Origin: Trueperaceae bacterium | GTDB lineage: Bacteria; Deinococcota; Deinococci; Deinococcales; Trueperaceae | NCBI GenBank assembly: GCA_965214405.1 | Contig: OZ243956.1 | Location: 384,001 to 448,000, forward strand | Direction of reading: 5' to 3' | DNA: 64,000 bases | Shown: one piece after another, positions 19,412-30,755 of the stretch | Position numbering within the stretch: the stretch's first letter is position 1 | Layout: each line of letters starts with the position of its first letter | Position numbers and translations under genes: made by a program | Notes under the pieces: generated by a model | The model's input: only the letters and a program-made list of their open reading frames with translations | The model's database searches: none | Told to the model about the DNA's origin: nothing

Positions 19412-20026
19412 ATGGACGAAGACGAACTTCTGGACGTTCTCTCCCCCGACGGCGCGCCCACGGGGGAGCGCAAGGCTCGAGCCGCCATCCACCGCGACGG
19501 CGACTTACACCGCGCCTTTCACCTGTGGATTGTCAAGGAGGGGCGTTATGTCCTTTTCCAACGGCGCTCGCAGCACAAAAGTTTGGAGCCCAACAAGCTC
19601 GACGTCACGGTGGGCGGTCACTTCGGCGCGGGTGAGACCGTTAGCGAAGTGCTCCGCGAAACAGAGGAGGAAATCGGCCTCACTGTCACATTGCCGGAGC
19701 TTTATCACTTGGAGACGCGGCGGGTGGAGCGCCGTTATCCAGATGCGGTAGACCGCGAGATTCAAGAGGTCTACGTCATGCGGTGCGACAAGCCGCTGAA
19801 CGAATATTTTCTTCTGCCCAAAGAGGTGTACGTCCTATACGAAGTGCCGCTGCTCCGCGCGTTGGCCCTTTACAAGGACGGCGCGCACGTGGCAGCGGCT
19901 GGGTACGACTGTTACGGACGTAAAAACGACGCGTTGCTTGTTAAGGACGACACGATTGAGCAGGCAAGGGAGGACACCGTGAGGGCCTTGGAGCTTGTGC
20001 GGGGGTGGCTCGAGCACACTTCCTAA
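19412..20026 (+). CDS. NUDIX hydrolase (IPP-isomerase-like)
   Basis: HRAFHLWI, GGHFGAGETVSEVLRETEEEIG Nudix box; leaderless (TACAAT 5 nt upstream). Confidence 0.85.
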   Translation: MDEDELLDVLSPDGAPTGERKARAAIHRDGDLHRAFHLWIVKEGRYVLFQRRSQHKSLEPNKLDVTVGGHFGAGETVSEVLRETEEEIGLTVTLPELYHLETRRVERRYPDAVDREIQEVYVMRCDKPLNEYFLLPKEVYVLYEVPLLRALALYKDGAHVAAAGYDCYGRKNDALLVKDDTIEQAREDTVRALELVRGWLEHTS

Positions 20027-20039
20027 CGCTCGCCCAACG

Positions 20040-21722
20040 TTAGCCCTCCAAAACCGTCGGCACAATCAAAGGATTACGCCCCGTCGCCTTGCGCAGGTAG
20101 CGCCTTACCGGGTAGAAGATGTCGTCGCGGATGTCGCCCAAGCGGCGCTTTTCGCGGATGCCCTTTTGAAGACCGTCCATCGCAATCTTTTCGATCTCGG
20201 CGTGGAGCTCGCGGTGGTTGGGGGCCACGCCGCGGCTGATGACCTCGACGCTCGGTTGCTTGCCCGCGAGCGCCATGATGACGACCACGCCGTCGCTCGA
20301 TAAGGTCTGCCGGTCGCGGATGACGGGCTCGGTAATCTCCTCGCCGACCTTGCCCATGTTGTCGATGAAAATGACGCCCGAGTCGATTTGACCGACTTTG
20401 CGGAGGTCGTCTCGAGAGAGCTCCAAAATGTCACCGTTCTCTGCGATGAGGCTCTTTTGCGGCGGGTTGCTCATCCCCTCGGCCAGCTTGACGTGATTCA
20501 CCTGGTGGCGCACCTCGCCGTGCCAGGGGATAAAAAACTTGGGCCGGGTGAGGTCCAGGATGAGCTTGAGTTCCTCTTGCGAGGCGTGCCCCGAGGCGTG
20601 AACTTTGTAGGTGGGCGGGTAGTAAACGTTGACGCCCAGCGCGTAAAGCTGGTTGATCACGCGCCCCACCGCCTCCTCGTTGCCGGGGATGGGGTTGGAC
20701 GACATGATGACCGTGTCCCCCGCCTTGAGCGAGATTTTGCGGTGCGTCCGGGAGGCCAAGCGCGACAGGGCCGCCATCGGCTGCCCCTGCGAGCCGGTGC
20801 ATAAGAAGAGCACCTTGTCATCTGCTAAGTCGTTCATCTGGTCGGTGCTGACCAGCGGCTCTTTGACTTCTAAGTACCCCAGTTCTTGCGCAATCGTCGT
20901 GTTCTTAATCATCGAGCGACCCTCGATGACCACCCGGCGGTCGTAGCGTTCGGCCACGCGGACGAAGTTTTGCAGCCGGTGGACGTGCGACGAAAAGGTG
21001 GTGACGATAACGCGGCCTCTGGTCTTCGAGACGATCTGGTCCACCGCGTTCATCACGTCGCGTTCCGACGGGGTGTAGCCGGGGCGCTCGGCGTTGGTCG
21101 AGTCGGAAATAAGCGCCAAGACGCCCTCTTCGCCCGCCTGCGCGAGCTTGTGCAGGTGGCTCGTTTTGCCGTCCGCGGGGTTGTAGTCGAGCTTGAAGTC
21201 GCCCGTGTGGACGATGCGCCCGATGGGCGTGTGGATGATCAAACCCGAGTTGTCGGGGATGGAGTGGGTCATGCGGAAATAGTCCACGGTAAAGTATTTG
21301 CTGAGCTTGATGCGCTCGTCCGTGGTGATTTCGCGCAGGTCCACGTCGCTCTCTTTAAGCTTGAACTCCTCAAACTTGCCGCGCAGGAGGCCCAGCGTAA
21401 GCTTCGCGCCGTACATCGGGATTTTGGGCAGGAGTTTGAGCATGTAGGGCAGCCCGCCGATGTGGTCCTCGTGGCCGTGGGTGAGGACCCAGCCCTTGAT
21501 TTTGGCGGCGTTCTCGACCACCCAGTCGATTTTGGGCACCAAGATGTCCACGCCAAGCATGTCGGCGTCGGGAAAGGCCAGACCGCCGTCGATGAGCATA
21601 ATCTCGTCTTCGTACTCCAGCGCGAACATGTTTTTGCCGATTTCGCCCATCCCGCCGATGGGGATGATGCGGATATTTTTCTCGCGGCTTTTGCCGCTCT
21701 GTCTTCTCTGGTTGCGTGCCAT
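20040..21722 (-). CDS. rnj: Ribonuclease J
   Basis: GGMGEIGKN, THGHEDHIGG, HSIPD, HTGDFK, TGSQG, HASGH. RBS before ATG 21722. Confidence 0.95.
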   Translation of the reverse strand: MARNQRRQSGKSREKNIRIIPIGGMGEIGKNMFALEYEDEIMLIDGGLAFPDADMLGVDILVPKIDWVVENAAKIKGWVLTHGHEDHIGGLPYMLKLLPKIPMYGAKLTLGLLRGKFEEFKLKESDVDLREITTDERIKLSKYFTVDYFRMTHSIPDNSGLIIHTPIGRIVHTGDFKLDYNPADGKTSHLHKLAQAGEEGVLALISDSTNAERPGYTPSERDVMNAVDQIVSKTRGRVIVTTFSSHVHRLQNFVRVAERYDRRVVIEGRSMIKNTTIAQELGYLEVKEPLVSTDQMNDLADDKVLFLCTGSQGQPMAALSRLASRTHRKISLKAGDTVIMSSNPIPGNEEAVGRVINQLYALGVNVYYPPTYKVHASGHASQEELKLILDLTRPKFFIPWHGEVRHQVNHVKLAEGMSNPPQKSLIAENGDILELSRDDLRKVGQIDSGVIFIDNMGKVGEEITEPVIRDRQTLSSDGVVVIMALAGKQPSVEVISRGVAPNHRELHAEIEKIAMDGLQKGIREKRRLGDIRDDIFYPVRRYLRKATGRNPLIVPTVLEG

Positions 21723-21960
21723 AGGTCTCCTTTGGTCCCGCATGGTGAGGTGGGGGCGCTTGTAACACCCGCTACCGTGATGCGGTCCCCCGTTTGGGCT
21801 CGAGGGGTAGCGTTTTTTCTGTTTGTAAAACGGTGTGAGGGTGAGCCTGAGTCAGGCTACCGGATGATGGGTTGTAAGGGTATAAAGAAACGAGGATGTG
21901 AGGCAAGCTCTCGAGAGTCCACGACTAGACTAAGTGAACCCTCGAGTTGCCAGTCAGACG

Positions 21961-24165
21961 CTAGCGCCGACTGCCGCGGTCACCGCGGCCTCGGTCGCCA
22001 CCGCGGTCACCGCGACCCTCGCCGCGACCACGCCCGCCGCCCCCACCACCCGAACGGCGCGGGGCGATTTTGCCCTCCAACTCGGGCCGGACTAAGTCGA
22101 TTTTGCCCCGGTCGTCAATCGTATTGACCTTGACCTGGAGCGTGTCGCCCACCTTGAGGTAATCGTCAACGCTCTCGACGCGCTCTTCAGCGATCTGCGA
22201 AATGTGCAGCAGGCCGTCGGTGCCGGGAAAGAGCGTCACGAACGCGCCGAAGTCGAGCGTCTTGGCGACTTTACCCTCATAGACCTTGCCCACCTCGGCG
22301 GTGGCGGTGAGACCTTCGATTTGTGCCTTGACCCGTTTCGCGGCTTCAGAGTCCTCGCTGTAGATGCGCACCAAACCGTCCTCGGCGATGTCGATTTGCG
22401 CGCCGTAGGCTTCCAGTTCACGGATTTGCTTGCCGCCCGGCCCGATGACCGCGCCGATTTTTTCGGTGGGAATCTGCACCGTCATGATGCGTGGAGCGCG
22501 CTCGGACACCTCTTGGCGCGGGGCACCCAGCGCCTCGTCCATAAGCCCTAAAATGTGCAAGCGGCCCGTTTTGGCCTGCTCGAGCGCCGCTTGCATAATG
22601 GGCGGGGTGATGCCCTTGATTTTGATGTCCATTTGCAGCGCGGTCACGCCGTCGCGGGTGCCCGTCACCTTGAAGTCCATGTCGCCGAGCGCGTCTTCGG
22701 AGCCCAAAATGTCGCTCAGGATTTTGTAATCATCCTCTTTCACCAGCCCCATCGCAATGCCCGCGACGGGCTTTTTGAGGGGCACGCCCGCGTCCATCAT
22801 GCTTAACGAACTCGCGCACACCGACGCCATCGAAGACGAGCCGTTGGACTCAAACGTTTCGGCGACCACGCGAATCACGTAAGGGAACGTTTCTTGGTCC
22901 GGCACCATACGTTCTAACGACCGCCGCGCCAAGTTGCCGTGACCGAGTTCGCGTCTCGAGGTGCCGCGCAGCCGTTTGGCCTCACCCGTCGAAAAGGGCG
23001 GGAAGTTGTAGTGAAGCATAAATTCTTCGGAATTTTCCAGACCCAAATCGTCCACGAGCCGGTTGTCCTTGCCCGTGCCGAGCGTGGTCACGCCCAAAAC
23101 TTGCGTTTCGCCCCGCGTAAAAACCGCTGAACCGTGGGCGGTGGGCAGAGGCCCGACTTCAATCCAAATAGGGCGGATGTCCTCGGGCGAACGCCCGTCC
23201 GAGCGCAGGTTTTCTTCCAAGACCATCCGGCGCAACTCGCGCTGTTCGGCCTTGCCAAAGGCCCCCTTGAGTTCTCGCAGCCTCTCCCCGGCTCCTTCGG
23301 CTTCGGGGTCGGGCACGAGGCGCTCCAAAATCCCGTTACGAAGCTCTTTCATCCGCGCGCTCCGGTCGTGCTTGCCCTTGGTGAGGAGCGCGTCGCGGAG
23401 GCCCGCTTCTTGCGCCTCGCGGACCATCATCTCGACGTCGTCGGGAGAAAGTTCGACAGCGGGCTCAAAGGACGCTTTGGGCTCACCCACGTCCTTACGC
23501 ATCTGCTCGATGATGCTGAACACGCCCGCCATTTCGCGCTGGGCAAACTCGATCGCGCCGACCATCACGTCTTCGGAGAGTTCCGCCGCGCCGCCCTCGA
23601 CCATCAAGACCGCGTCACGGGTGCCCGCGACGGTCAGCTCGAGCGCCGACGCCTCCAACTGTTGCAGCGTCGGGTTGAGCACGTAGTCGCCGTTTATATA
23701 GCCGACGCTGACGCAGGCCGTGGGACCGTCCCAGGGAACGTCGCTCATCATCAGCGCCGCCGACGCGCCGACGGCGGCGAGGGGCGCGGGGTCGTTCTCC
23801 TGGTCCGCGGCGAGCACGGTGATGATGATTTGCACCTCGTTGCGTAATCCCTTGGGAAAGAGGGGCCGAATCTGCCGGTCGGTGATGCGGGCGTTCAGAA
23901 TCGCCTGATTACCGGGCCGCCCCTCGCGGCGCATGAACGAGCCGGGGATTTTGCCGATCGCGTAGTGGCGCTCTTCGTACTCGACGGTGAGGGGCAAAAA
24001 GTCCATCGGCGACGCGCCGCCCATCTGCGCGGTCACGAGCACCAGCGTGTCGCCGTAGCGCACCGTGACGCTGCCCGAGACCTGCTTGGCGTATTTGCCC
24101 GTCTCGAGCACAAGCTCACGCCCGCCCAACTGGGTGGTGTAACGTTTAGGTTGTGGAATAGTCAC
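21961..24165 (-). CDS. pnp: Polyribonucleotide nucleotidyltransferase
   Basis: [35 protein letters not shown] and S1 domains. Confidence 0.97.
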   Translation of the reverse strand: MTIPQPKRYTTQLGGRELVLETGKYAKQVSGSVTVRYGDTLVLVTAQMGGASPMDFLPLTVEYEERHYAIGKIPGSFMRREGRPGNQAILNARITDRQIRPLFPKGLRNEVQIIITVLAADQENDPAPLAAVGASAALMMSDVPWDGPTACVSVGYINGDYVLNPTLQQLEASALELTVAGTRDAVLMVEGGAAELSEDVMVGAIEFAQREMAGVFSIIEQMRKDVGEPKASFEPAVELSPDDVEMMVREAQEAGLRDALLTKGKHDRSARMKELRNGILERLVPDPEAEGAGERLRELKGAFGKAEQRELRRMVLEENLRSDGRSPEDIRPIWIEVGPLPTAHGSAVFTRGETQVLGVTTLGTGKDNRLVDDLGLENSEEFMLHYNFPPFSTGEAKRLRGTSRRELGHGNLARRSLERMVPDQETFPYVIRVVAETFESNGSSSMASVCASSLSMMDAGVPLKKPVAGIAMGLVKEDDYKILSDILGSEDALGDMDFKVTGTRDGVTALQMDIKIKGITPPIMQAALEQAKTGRLHILGLMDEALGAPRQEVSERAPRIMTVQIPTEKIGAVIGPGGKQIRELEAYGAQIDIAEDGLVRIYSEDSEAAKRVKAQIEGLTATAEVGKVYEGKVAKTLDFGAFVTLFPGTDGLLHISQIAEERVESVDDYLKVGDTLQVKVNTIDDRGKIDLVRPELEGKIAPRRSGGGGGGRGRGEGRGDRGGDRGRGDRGSRR

Positions 24166-24351
24166 TCTGTCTCCTTTGAGTCCTGCGTTTCACAAAATAG
24201 CCCCGCATATGGGTTGTGCGTCACTTCATAGACTTGACGAACTTACGTCAAGCTTAAACGCAACATAATCAAGTAAAGAGCGAGGCCGGAGACGCCTCGC
24301 CCGATACACCTCTACTTTTTGGACGCTTCCGTAAGAAATCCCAAAAACATG

Positions 24352-24621
24352 CTAGCGACGCAGACCAAGGCGTCCGATAAGCTCCTTGTAGCCTTCGTAG
24401 TTGTTTTGCTCGAGATACCGCAACAGCCGCTTGCGCCGCCCCACCATCGTGAGGAGTCCGCGGCGACCGTGGTGGTCTTTGCGGTTGCTTTGCAGGTGAC
24501 CGCTAAGCGACTCGATTTGCGCGGTGAGGAGCGCAACTTGAACTTCGGTGGAGCCGCTGTTCGTTTCGCTGCCGCCAAACTCGCGGATGATTTCGGCTTT
24601 TCTTTCTTTGGCCAGTGCCAT
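24352..24621 (-). CDS. rpsO: 30S ribosomal protein S15
   Basis: GSTEVQVALLT, KDHHGRRGLL, LGLRR. Confidence 0.97.
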   Translation of the reverse strand: MALAKERKAEIIREFGGSETNSGSTEVQVALLTAQIESLSGHLQSNRKDHHGRRGLLTMVGRRKRLLRYLEQNNYEGYKELIGRLGLRR

Positions 24622-24765
24622 CTAAATACCTCCGTGGAAGGGGATTTATATCCCTCACCTCCAGGTAAGCCGCAGCAGACGCCCGATAGATGAGCGCGAA
24701 CCCCGACTCCCAACTTGCTACTCTAGCATAGGCGCGCGTGGAGGAGCAAATGTGGATGACCAGGC

Positions 24766-26091
24766 GGGTGCAACTCACGTAGTGGGGGAAGAAAAGGCGT
24801 GGTGCCTTATGGTGTCATGGGAGACGAGCGGCTGCTTGGAACAACGCCTAGCTCTAAAAGAAGCCATGCGACCTGCGCCAGGACGCGACCACTGCATCCC
24901 CGACTGTTTCATGCGGAAGCCGATGACGCTCTTGTTGACGCCCTCGACTTGACCAGAGCCAATGGGTAAGCCACAATTTTTATAACTGGGGTAATCCATA
25001 TGGTGTTGACGTTCTTGAAGATAGCGTAAAGCCGTTTGTGATGTGTCATCCCAGCTCAGCCAAACAGCAGGGTCAGGACGATGCGTTTGTAACCAATCCG
25101 CAGCAGCAATCTCGCCGCTAAGCCAAGAGCGTCTTGTTTGGCTACGTTCGCGCTCATCCCAGCCGAGAGCTTCCATAAGGGTGTCAAGGTAAGCACTGCT
25201 GTGGTAAACGTCGATGATGTGTGGGATACCCAGATGCTCGTAAAGGTTTTTGATCCAACTCGCGCCATCGCTCAGGCCGACGACTTCATCATCTTGTCTC
25301 AGGCCTGCTTCACGCATCAGCCCCGCTACTTGGTCGGTAAACGCTGTCGCCTCACACACATCGGCTAACAGGCTGCGTTGCTGAGGTGCAGACACCGGGT
25401 GGATCACCGCGCTCTTGATCTCGATGCCGCCACAAACCCCGTCCTGAGCTTTTTCGAGCACCCGCACCCCGTCAACTTCAATCACCACTTTCCGCCCTCG
25501 TCCTGCTAGCAACGCTGCATCTTTGGCCGTGTCCAGCAGCTCGCGCGTTTGCGCCTGACAAGCGCTGGCGTAAGGTTGGGTCAAGCGCTCCAAGCCCGCG
25601 CGACTCATGCCCGGCAACATCTCAAAGTCACGGCTGACTTCTACCGCTTTTTCATACGATAAAGCGCTACTCAAACGCATCATCACGTTCAATGCGCCCG
25701 CTGTCCAACCACTGCCGTCTAAGTTTGGGTCCAGGGCGACTTGGCAATGTCTGCCGTCTTTGTGTTCGTACCTTTGACTGGGTACGCGCACGCTCCCCCA
25801 GAAGTGCTTGACCTCAAGCTCGCCCCGTCCGTCTTTATGCCAACCCTCGCTTTTGTTCATCAGAGGGGGGAAAATCCTGGCTCTCAACCAGGTGCTGCAT
25901 CAGGCGACTCATCAGGCTACTTTGTCGCTTTAGCAAGGCCGCTTCTATTTCGTTCATGCTCGCTTTCGTCCCTAGCTCCTGCTTTATCTCCGCAACAATG
26001 CTCTTGATGATGGCGTCCAGTTCTTCTACCCTTTGCTCTGCGTCTGTTGTCATCGTCCTGTTTTATCACCCCCATTCACTGAGTTGCACCC
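24766..26091 (-). mobile_element. ISLre2/ISKra4-like insertion sequence, 1326 bp
   Basis: Terminal inverted repeats GGGTGCAACTCA (24766-24777 and 26080-26091); perfect 9-bp target duplication TGACCAGGC (24757-24765 and 26092-26100). Confidence 0.92.
24775..26053 (-). CDS. UPF0236/ISLre2-type DDE transposase split across two frames (26053-25835 and 25887-24775)
   Basis: EVDG, SDGASWI, IDVYH, PIGSGQVEG, RMKQSGMQW; frames overlap at TTTTCCCCCC. Confidence 0.85.
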
Positions 26092-26099
26092 TGACCAGG

Positions 26100-26819
26100 C
26101 TAACCACGCAGACCGTCTGTCCTCTGTGCTCGCCCGCTCGCGGTCTGATGGACCGGCTCACGGTTCACGAACCAGCGCCACACAAATGCGGTGATCACGC
26201 TTATGGTGAGCATTTCCCCGCCGTCCTCGAGCACGGCCATCAACGTTTCCTGGAACGCCGAGCCCCCCACCAGGATGTCGAGCATGTCTACGCCGAGGCC
26301 GAAAAAGACGAGAACGGTAAAGAGGGCGAACAGACTCTTTGAAAAAGCCTTTTCTTTGGGCGCGGCGCGCAAATAAGAAAAGAGCACAAACCCCAGAAGA
26401 ACCGTTGCGAAAACTCCCCAAACGAGGACCTCGCCAAGGTCCCGCGCGCGCAGCCCGAACGCCGCAGGCATCCCCAGCCGTTGAGCGAGGTAAAGACCTT
26501 CTTTTTCGTGAAGTCTCAGCGCGTCATCGAGCCCTACATAGGCGAAAACCGCGCTCCACGCAAAGTAAGTAAGCCTTTTTTGTTGCGTCCACAGGCGTGC
26601 GAGGAGGCCCGTTAACAGCAGCAGCTTGAGATATCCGAAAATCTCGGCAAAGCCTCTGTCCGTGCTTACCGCAAACCGGTGGCCTTCCCACAAGGCCCTA
26701 TCGGAACCTTGCAGGAGCCAAAAGTGTAGAAAATGAAGTCCTATAAATATCAGGTCGGTGGCAAGGAGAAAAAGCAGTATTTTAGAGCGCCACGTCTTTT
26801 TCCAAACGAGATAGACCAT
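26100..26819 (-). CDS. Hypothetical multi-pass membrane protein
   Basis: About 6 hydrophobic segments; LDDALRLHE and EDGGEM. Confidence 0.75.
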   Translation of the reverse strand: MVYLVWKKTWRSKILLFLLATDLIFIGLHFLHFWLLQGSDRALWEGHRFAVSTDRGFAEIFGYLKLLLLTGLLARLWTQQKRLTYFAWSAVFAYVGLDDALRLHEKEGLYLAQRLGMPAAFGLRARDLGEVLVWGVFATVLLGFVLFSYLRAAPKEKAFSKSLFALFTVLVFFGLGVDMLDILVGGSAFQETLMAVLEDGGEMLTISVITAFVWRWFVNREPVHQTASGRAQRTDGLRG

Positions 26820-27042
26820 CGGTTCCCTTCTAGCAACCACGAAAAACAACCACAAAAGCTACAGTGGGAGACACAAAACGTTTTGCCACTTTTAAGGTCG
26901 AAGCCTGAATAGTAATGTAGCATCCAATATGACGTGGCTGACGTGCAAATGTACAAAAACGTCTCCCCGGTCAACCCCTGCAAGAACCCGTCGTAAAGAA
27001 CGGGTAAGGAATCTGTAAGAACGCTTCTTTTATAAAGAGGAC

Positions 27043-30000
27043 ATGACGCCGTCCCGCCGCACCTTTTTTTGCACTGTTTTTTACACGGTGCTTAGCGCCG
27101 CGCGCTCCGGCTGGCGGCTCCTGGTCGCGTGGGGGCGGGATAGGTTGCGCTTCTCTCACACTACTCGCAGCACGCGCGCCTCTCACCTCAAGGGCGGCAA
27201 CGAAAGCCTGGGGCAGCTCGCCCGCTTTCAAACGTCGCTCATCGACATCGCCAACGATCTCCTTCAGCACGATGTTTCCGACGCCTTTTACCAAAAGCTG
27301 CTCGAGCGCGCCGTCGACCTCTTGCCCAACGCGCACGCGGGCAGCGTGCTGCTGCGCCAAGACGACGGGATGTACCACTTCGTGGCGGCGGTGGACTACG
27401 ACCTCGGCGGGCTCAAGGCCCTGCCCCTCGCGCCGGATGAACTTTACTTCGACAACGACCACGGCAGAACGTCGTACCTGCTTACCGACCTTTCCGGGCA
27501 CAATAGAGAGGCGCTTTCTGGTTCGCGGGCCGAAGCGCTCGAGGTCTCCGGCCACACGAGCGAGATCCGCGCGACGCTGGTCGTGCCCATCCGGCTCGCG
27601 GGCGAGACCGTGGCCGCGCTCTGCCTGGACAGCAAAACCTCAGAACGCGCCTTTGACGAAACCGCCGTGGGGATGGCGGAGGCGTTAGGCAGCCAGCTCG
27701 GGGTGGTGTTGCAGCGGCTCAGGCTCCAGGCCGAGGCGGCGCGGGCGGCGCAAGAGCTCGAGCTCTTAGAGCGGGTGCGCGCGGCTTTAGCGCGTGAAGA
27801 GGGTTTGGATGAGGTTCTCCACGCTGTGACGGGGGCCGTCGCCGAGATTTTCGGCTACCCCCACGTCGGCGTGGCGCTCATTAAGGGCGACTTGCTCGCG
27901 CCGCACGCGTGCGTGGGTCACGGCGGCGGGCTCGAGCCCTTTCCCCTGTCGAAGGGCGTGGCGGGGCGCGTGGCCCGCACGGGGAAACCCGCGCTCGTGC
28001 GCGACGTGCGTTTAGAGCCCGACTACCTTAACTTTACCCCCCGCCCAAGCGCGAGCGCGGTTGATGACGCCACAGCGGGTGACACCACAGTGAACGACAC
28101 CACAGTGAATAACGGGCCGGGAGGTTTCGAGCTGTGCGTGCCTCTTTTCGATGAGGGGAGGGTCATCGGCGTCATCAACATAGAAACGCCCCCCGCGCTG
28201 CCTTTGGGCGAGGCCGACCTCAAGCTCATGACCGCGCTGGGCGAGCACATCGGTACGGCGGTCGAGCGCGCGCGGCTTTACAAAGAGGTGAGCAAGAGCG
28301 AAACGAACTACCGGGCGCTTTACGGTTCGGCGCAACGTCAAGCGCAGGAACTTGCGCTTCTAGAGCGGGTCCGCACGGAACTCGCCAAGGCGCTCGAGCC
28401 CCAAGACATTTTCCGCGTGGTCGTCGAGGCCCTGGCCGACACCTTCGGCTACACCCAGGTGAGCGTCTACCGGCTCGAGAACGAAACCCTCATCCTCCAA
28501 CACCAGGTCGGCTATACCCGGCCCGTCCCCCGCCTGCCCCTGACGAGCGGCGTGATGGGCCGCGTGGCGCGTAGCGGCGAGCCCGCGCTTATCGAAGACG
28601 TGCGGCTCGAGCCCGCGTTTGTAGACGCGACTGTTGTGGGGGAAGGCGTGGGCGTGACCTCCGAGATTTGCGTGCCCCTGCTCAAGTGGGGCGAGGTGGC
28701 GGGCGTCCTCAACGTCGAGAGCACGGGGGGCGTCGCGCTGACCCGGGCCGACCTGGGGCTCGTGCTCTCTTTAAGCGAACACATCGCCATCGCCTTAGAG
28801 CGCGCCCGCCTCTACAGCGAGGTGCGGGAGCGCGAGGCGCACTTTCAGGACTTTTTGGATTCCGCGCACGACCTCGTCTGGAGCACCGACTTGGGCGGGC
28901 GCTTTCTTTACGTCAACCGCGCCTGGCGCGAGACGCTCGGGTACGAGACGCTCGCGTATGGGGAGGCGGACGCGTCAGGCGTGTTCGACCTTCTGCATCC
29001 CGACTACCGCGAGAGCTACCGCGCGGCCTTTGCGCGCGTGACGCGAGGAGAGACCGTGGGCGTTTTTGACGCGGTACTGCTGACAAAGTCGGGAAAACCC
29101 GTCAGCGTCCAGGGGAGCGCCACCTGCCGTTTTGAAGACGGTCAACCCGTGGCGGTGCAGAGCATTTTCCGCGACGTGACCGCGACCAAACGCGCCGAGG
29201 CGCGGCTGCTGCATAGCGCCACCCACGACGCGCTCACCAACCTGCCCAACCGCACGCTGTTTAGCGAGCGTCTCGAGCAGGCCGTCGCGCGCGCGTCGCG
29301 TGACGCGTCGCAAGACCCCGCAACCCACACCAATGCAGCTCACGCCAGTGCTTACACCGACGCTCACACCGACGCTCACACCCATGCACCCTACGCCGTG
29401 CTCTTTTTGGACCTAGACCGTTTCAAGGTCATCAACGATTCATTGGGTCACTGCGTGGGGGACGCGCTGCTCGTGGAGGTCGCCAAACGACTCTTGAACT
29501 GCGTGCGCGCCGGGGACACCGTGGCGCGTCTCGGCGGCGACGAGTTTGCGATTTTGCTCGAGCCCCTCCGCAGCACCGATTCCTCCAGCTCCTCCACCCA
29601 TCCCTCCACCGATAACGCCCAGAGCACCGCCGAGCGGATCCGGCGGGCGCTCGAGCAGCCCTTCTCTCTGGGCGGGCGCGAGGTCACCGTCACCACGAGT
29701 ATCGGCATCGCGCAGGGGAGCGCGCGCTACACGCGCGCCGAGGACGTGCTGCGCGACGCCGACTTAGGGATGTACCGCGCCAAAGGCGCCGGACGGGCGC
29801 AGTGGCGCGTTTTCGACGCCTCGATGCACGCGGACGCGCTCAGGCTTTTGCAGCTAGAAACCGACCTGCCCCACGCGGCCTCGCGCGGCGAGCTTTTTGT
29901 CGCCTATCAGCCCATCGTCTCGTTGCAAGGGGAACAGCTTTTGGGCTTCGAGGCGCTTCTGCGCTGGAGGCACCCCGAGCACGGGCTCATCTCGCCGGGC

Positions 30001-30651
30001 GAATTCGTCCCGGTGGCCGAGGAGACGGGCGCGATTGTGGATATGGGTCGCTGGGTCTTGCGCGAAGCTTGCAAGCAGCTCCAGGCGTGGGAGGAGCGTG
30101 CAGAACCTTTCAACGCGCGTCACGCCCCGACCATCCTCGCTCCTACTATCAATGTCAACTTATCCGCCAAACAGCTCGCCCTGCCCGACTTGGCGCGCGA
30201 GGTGGCGGAGGTGCTTGAAGAAACGGGCGTCGCGGCGGGGCGGCTCAAGCTCGAGCTCACCGAGAGCGCGCTAATGGAAGACGGCGTCACCGACACCCTC
30301 CACAACCTGCGGGCGCTGGGCGTCCACATCCAGATTGACGACTTCGGCACCGGCTATTCATCGCTAAGCTACCTCCACCGCTTTCCTATCGACTCGCTCA
30401 AGATCGACCGCTCGTTCGTGAGCCGCATCGGCGAGGACGAGGTGAGCGGGGCCATCATCACCACCATCATCTCGCTCGCCCGCGCGCTCGACATCGCCAT
30501 CATCGCCGAGGGCGTCGAAACCGTTAAGCAGCTCGAGTGGCTCAGAAACTTGGGCTGCGAGGCCGGACAGGGCTACTTGTTCGCCAAGCCTCTGCTGCCC
30601 GAAGCGGTTCAGGAGCGTTTTTTTGGTGCGGCCACGACGGTAGCCGCGTGA
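27043..30651 (+). CDS. GAF-GAF-GAF-PAS-GGDEF-EAL diguanylate cyclase/phosphodiesterase
   Basis: Three GAF-like repeats, PAS, HDALTNLPNR, RAGD I-site, RLGGDEF, GFEALLRW, IDDFGTGYSS, AEGVE. Confidence 0.93.
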   Translation: MTPSRRTFFCTVFYTVLSAARSGWRLLVAWGRDRLRFSHTTRSTRASHLKGGNESLGQLARFQTSLIDIANDLLQHDVSDAFYQKLLERAVDLLPNAHAGSVLLRQDDGMYHFVAAVDYDLGGLKALPLAPDELYFDNDHGRTSYLLTDLSGHNREALSGSRAEALEVSGHTSEIRATLVVPIRLAGETVAALCLDSKTSERAFDETAVGMAEALGSQLGVVLQRLRLQAEAARAAQELELLERVRAALAREEGLDEVLHAVTGAVAEIFGYPHVGVALIKGDLLAPHACVGHGGGLEPFPLSKGVAGRVARTGKPALVRDVRLEPDYLNFTPRPSASAVDDATAGDTTVNDTTVNNGPGGFELCVPLFDEGRVIGVINIETPPALPLGEADLKLMTALGEHIGTAVERARLYKEVSKSETNYRALYGSAQRQAQELALLERVRTELAKALEPQDIFRVVVEALADTFGYTQVSVYRLENETLILQHQVGYTRPVPRLPLTSGVMGRVARSGEPALIEDVRLEPAFVDATVVGEGVGVTSEICVPLLKWGEVAGVLNVESTGGVALTRADLGLVLSLSEHIAIALERARLYSEVREREAHFQDFLDSAHDLVWSTDLGGRFLYVNRAWRETLGYETLAYGEADASGVFDLLHPDYRESYRAAFARVTRGETVGVFDAVLLTKSGKPVSVQGSATCRFEDGQPVAVQSIFRDVTATKRAEARLLHSATHDALTNLPNRTLFSERLEQAVARASRDASQDPATHTNAAHASAYTDAHTDAHTHAPYAVLFLDLDRFKVINDSLGHCVGDALLVEVAKRLLNCVRAGDTVARLGGDEFAILLEPLRSTDSSSSSTHPSTDNAQSTAERIRRALEQPFSLGGREVTVTTSIGIAQGSARYTRAEDVLRDADLGMYRAKGAGRAQWRVFDASMHADALRLLQLETDLPHAASRGELFVAYQPIVSLQGEQLLGFEALLRWRHPEHGLISPGEFVPVAEETGAIVDMGRWVLREACKQLQAWEERAEPFNARHAPTILAPTINVNLSAKQLALPDLAREVAEVLEETGVAAGRLKLELTESALMEDGVTDTLHNLRALGVHIQIDDFGTGYSSLSYLHRFPIDSLKIDRSFVSRIGEDEVSGAIITTIISLARALDIAIIAEGVETVKQLEWLRNLGCEAGQGYLFAKPLLPEAVQERFFGAATTVAA

Positions 30652-30755
30652 GCCTCACCATAAAAATGCTGCAAAAGTGCCCCGAAAAACACGTAAAAAC
30701 TCTGTAAGAATTTTGTGCGAAGGGTTCCCCTAACATGCTAAGTGGAGGTAACACC

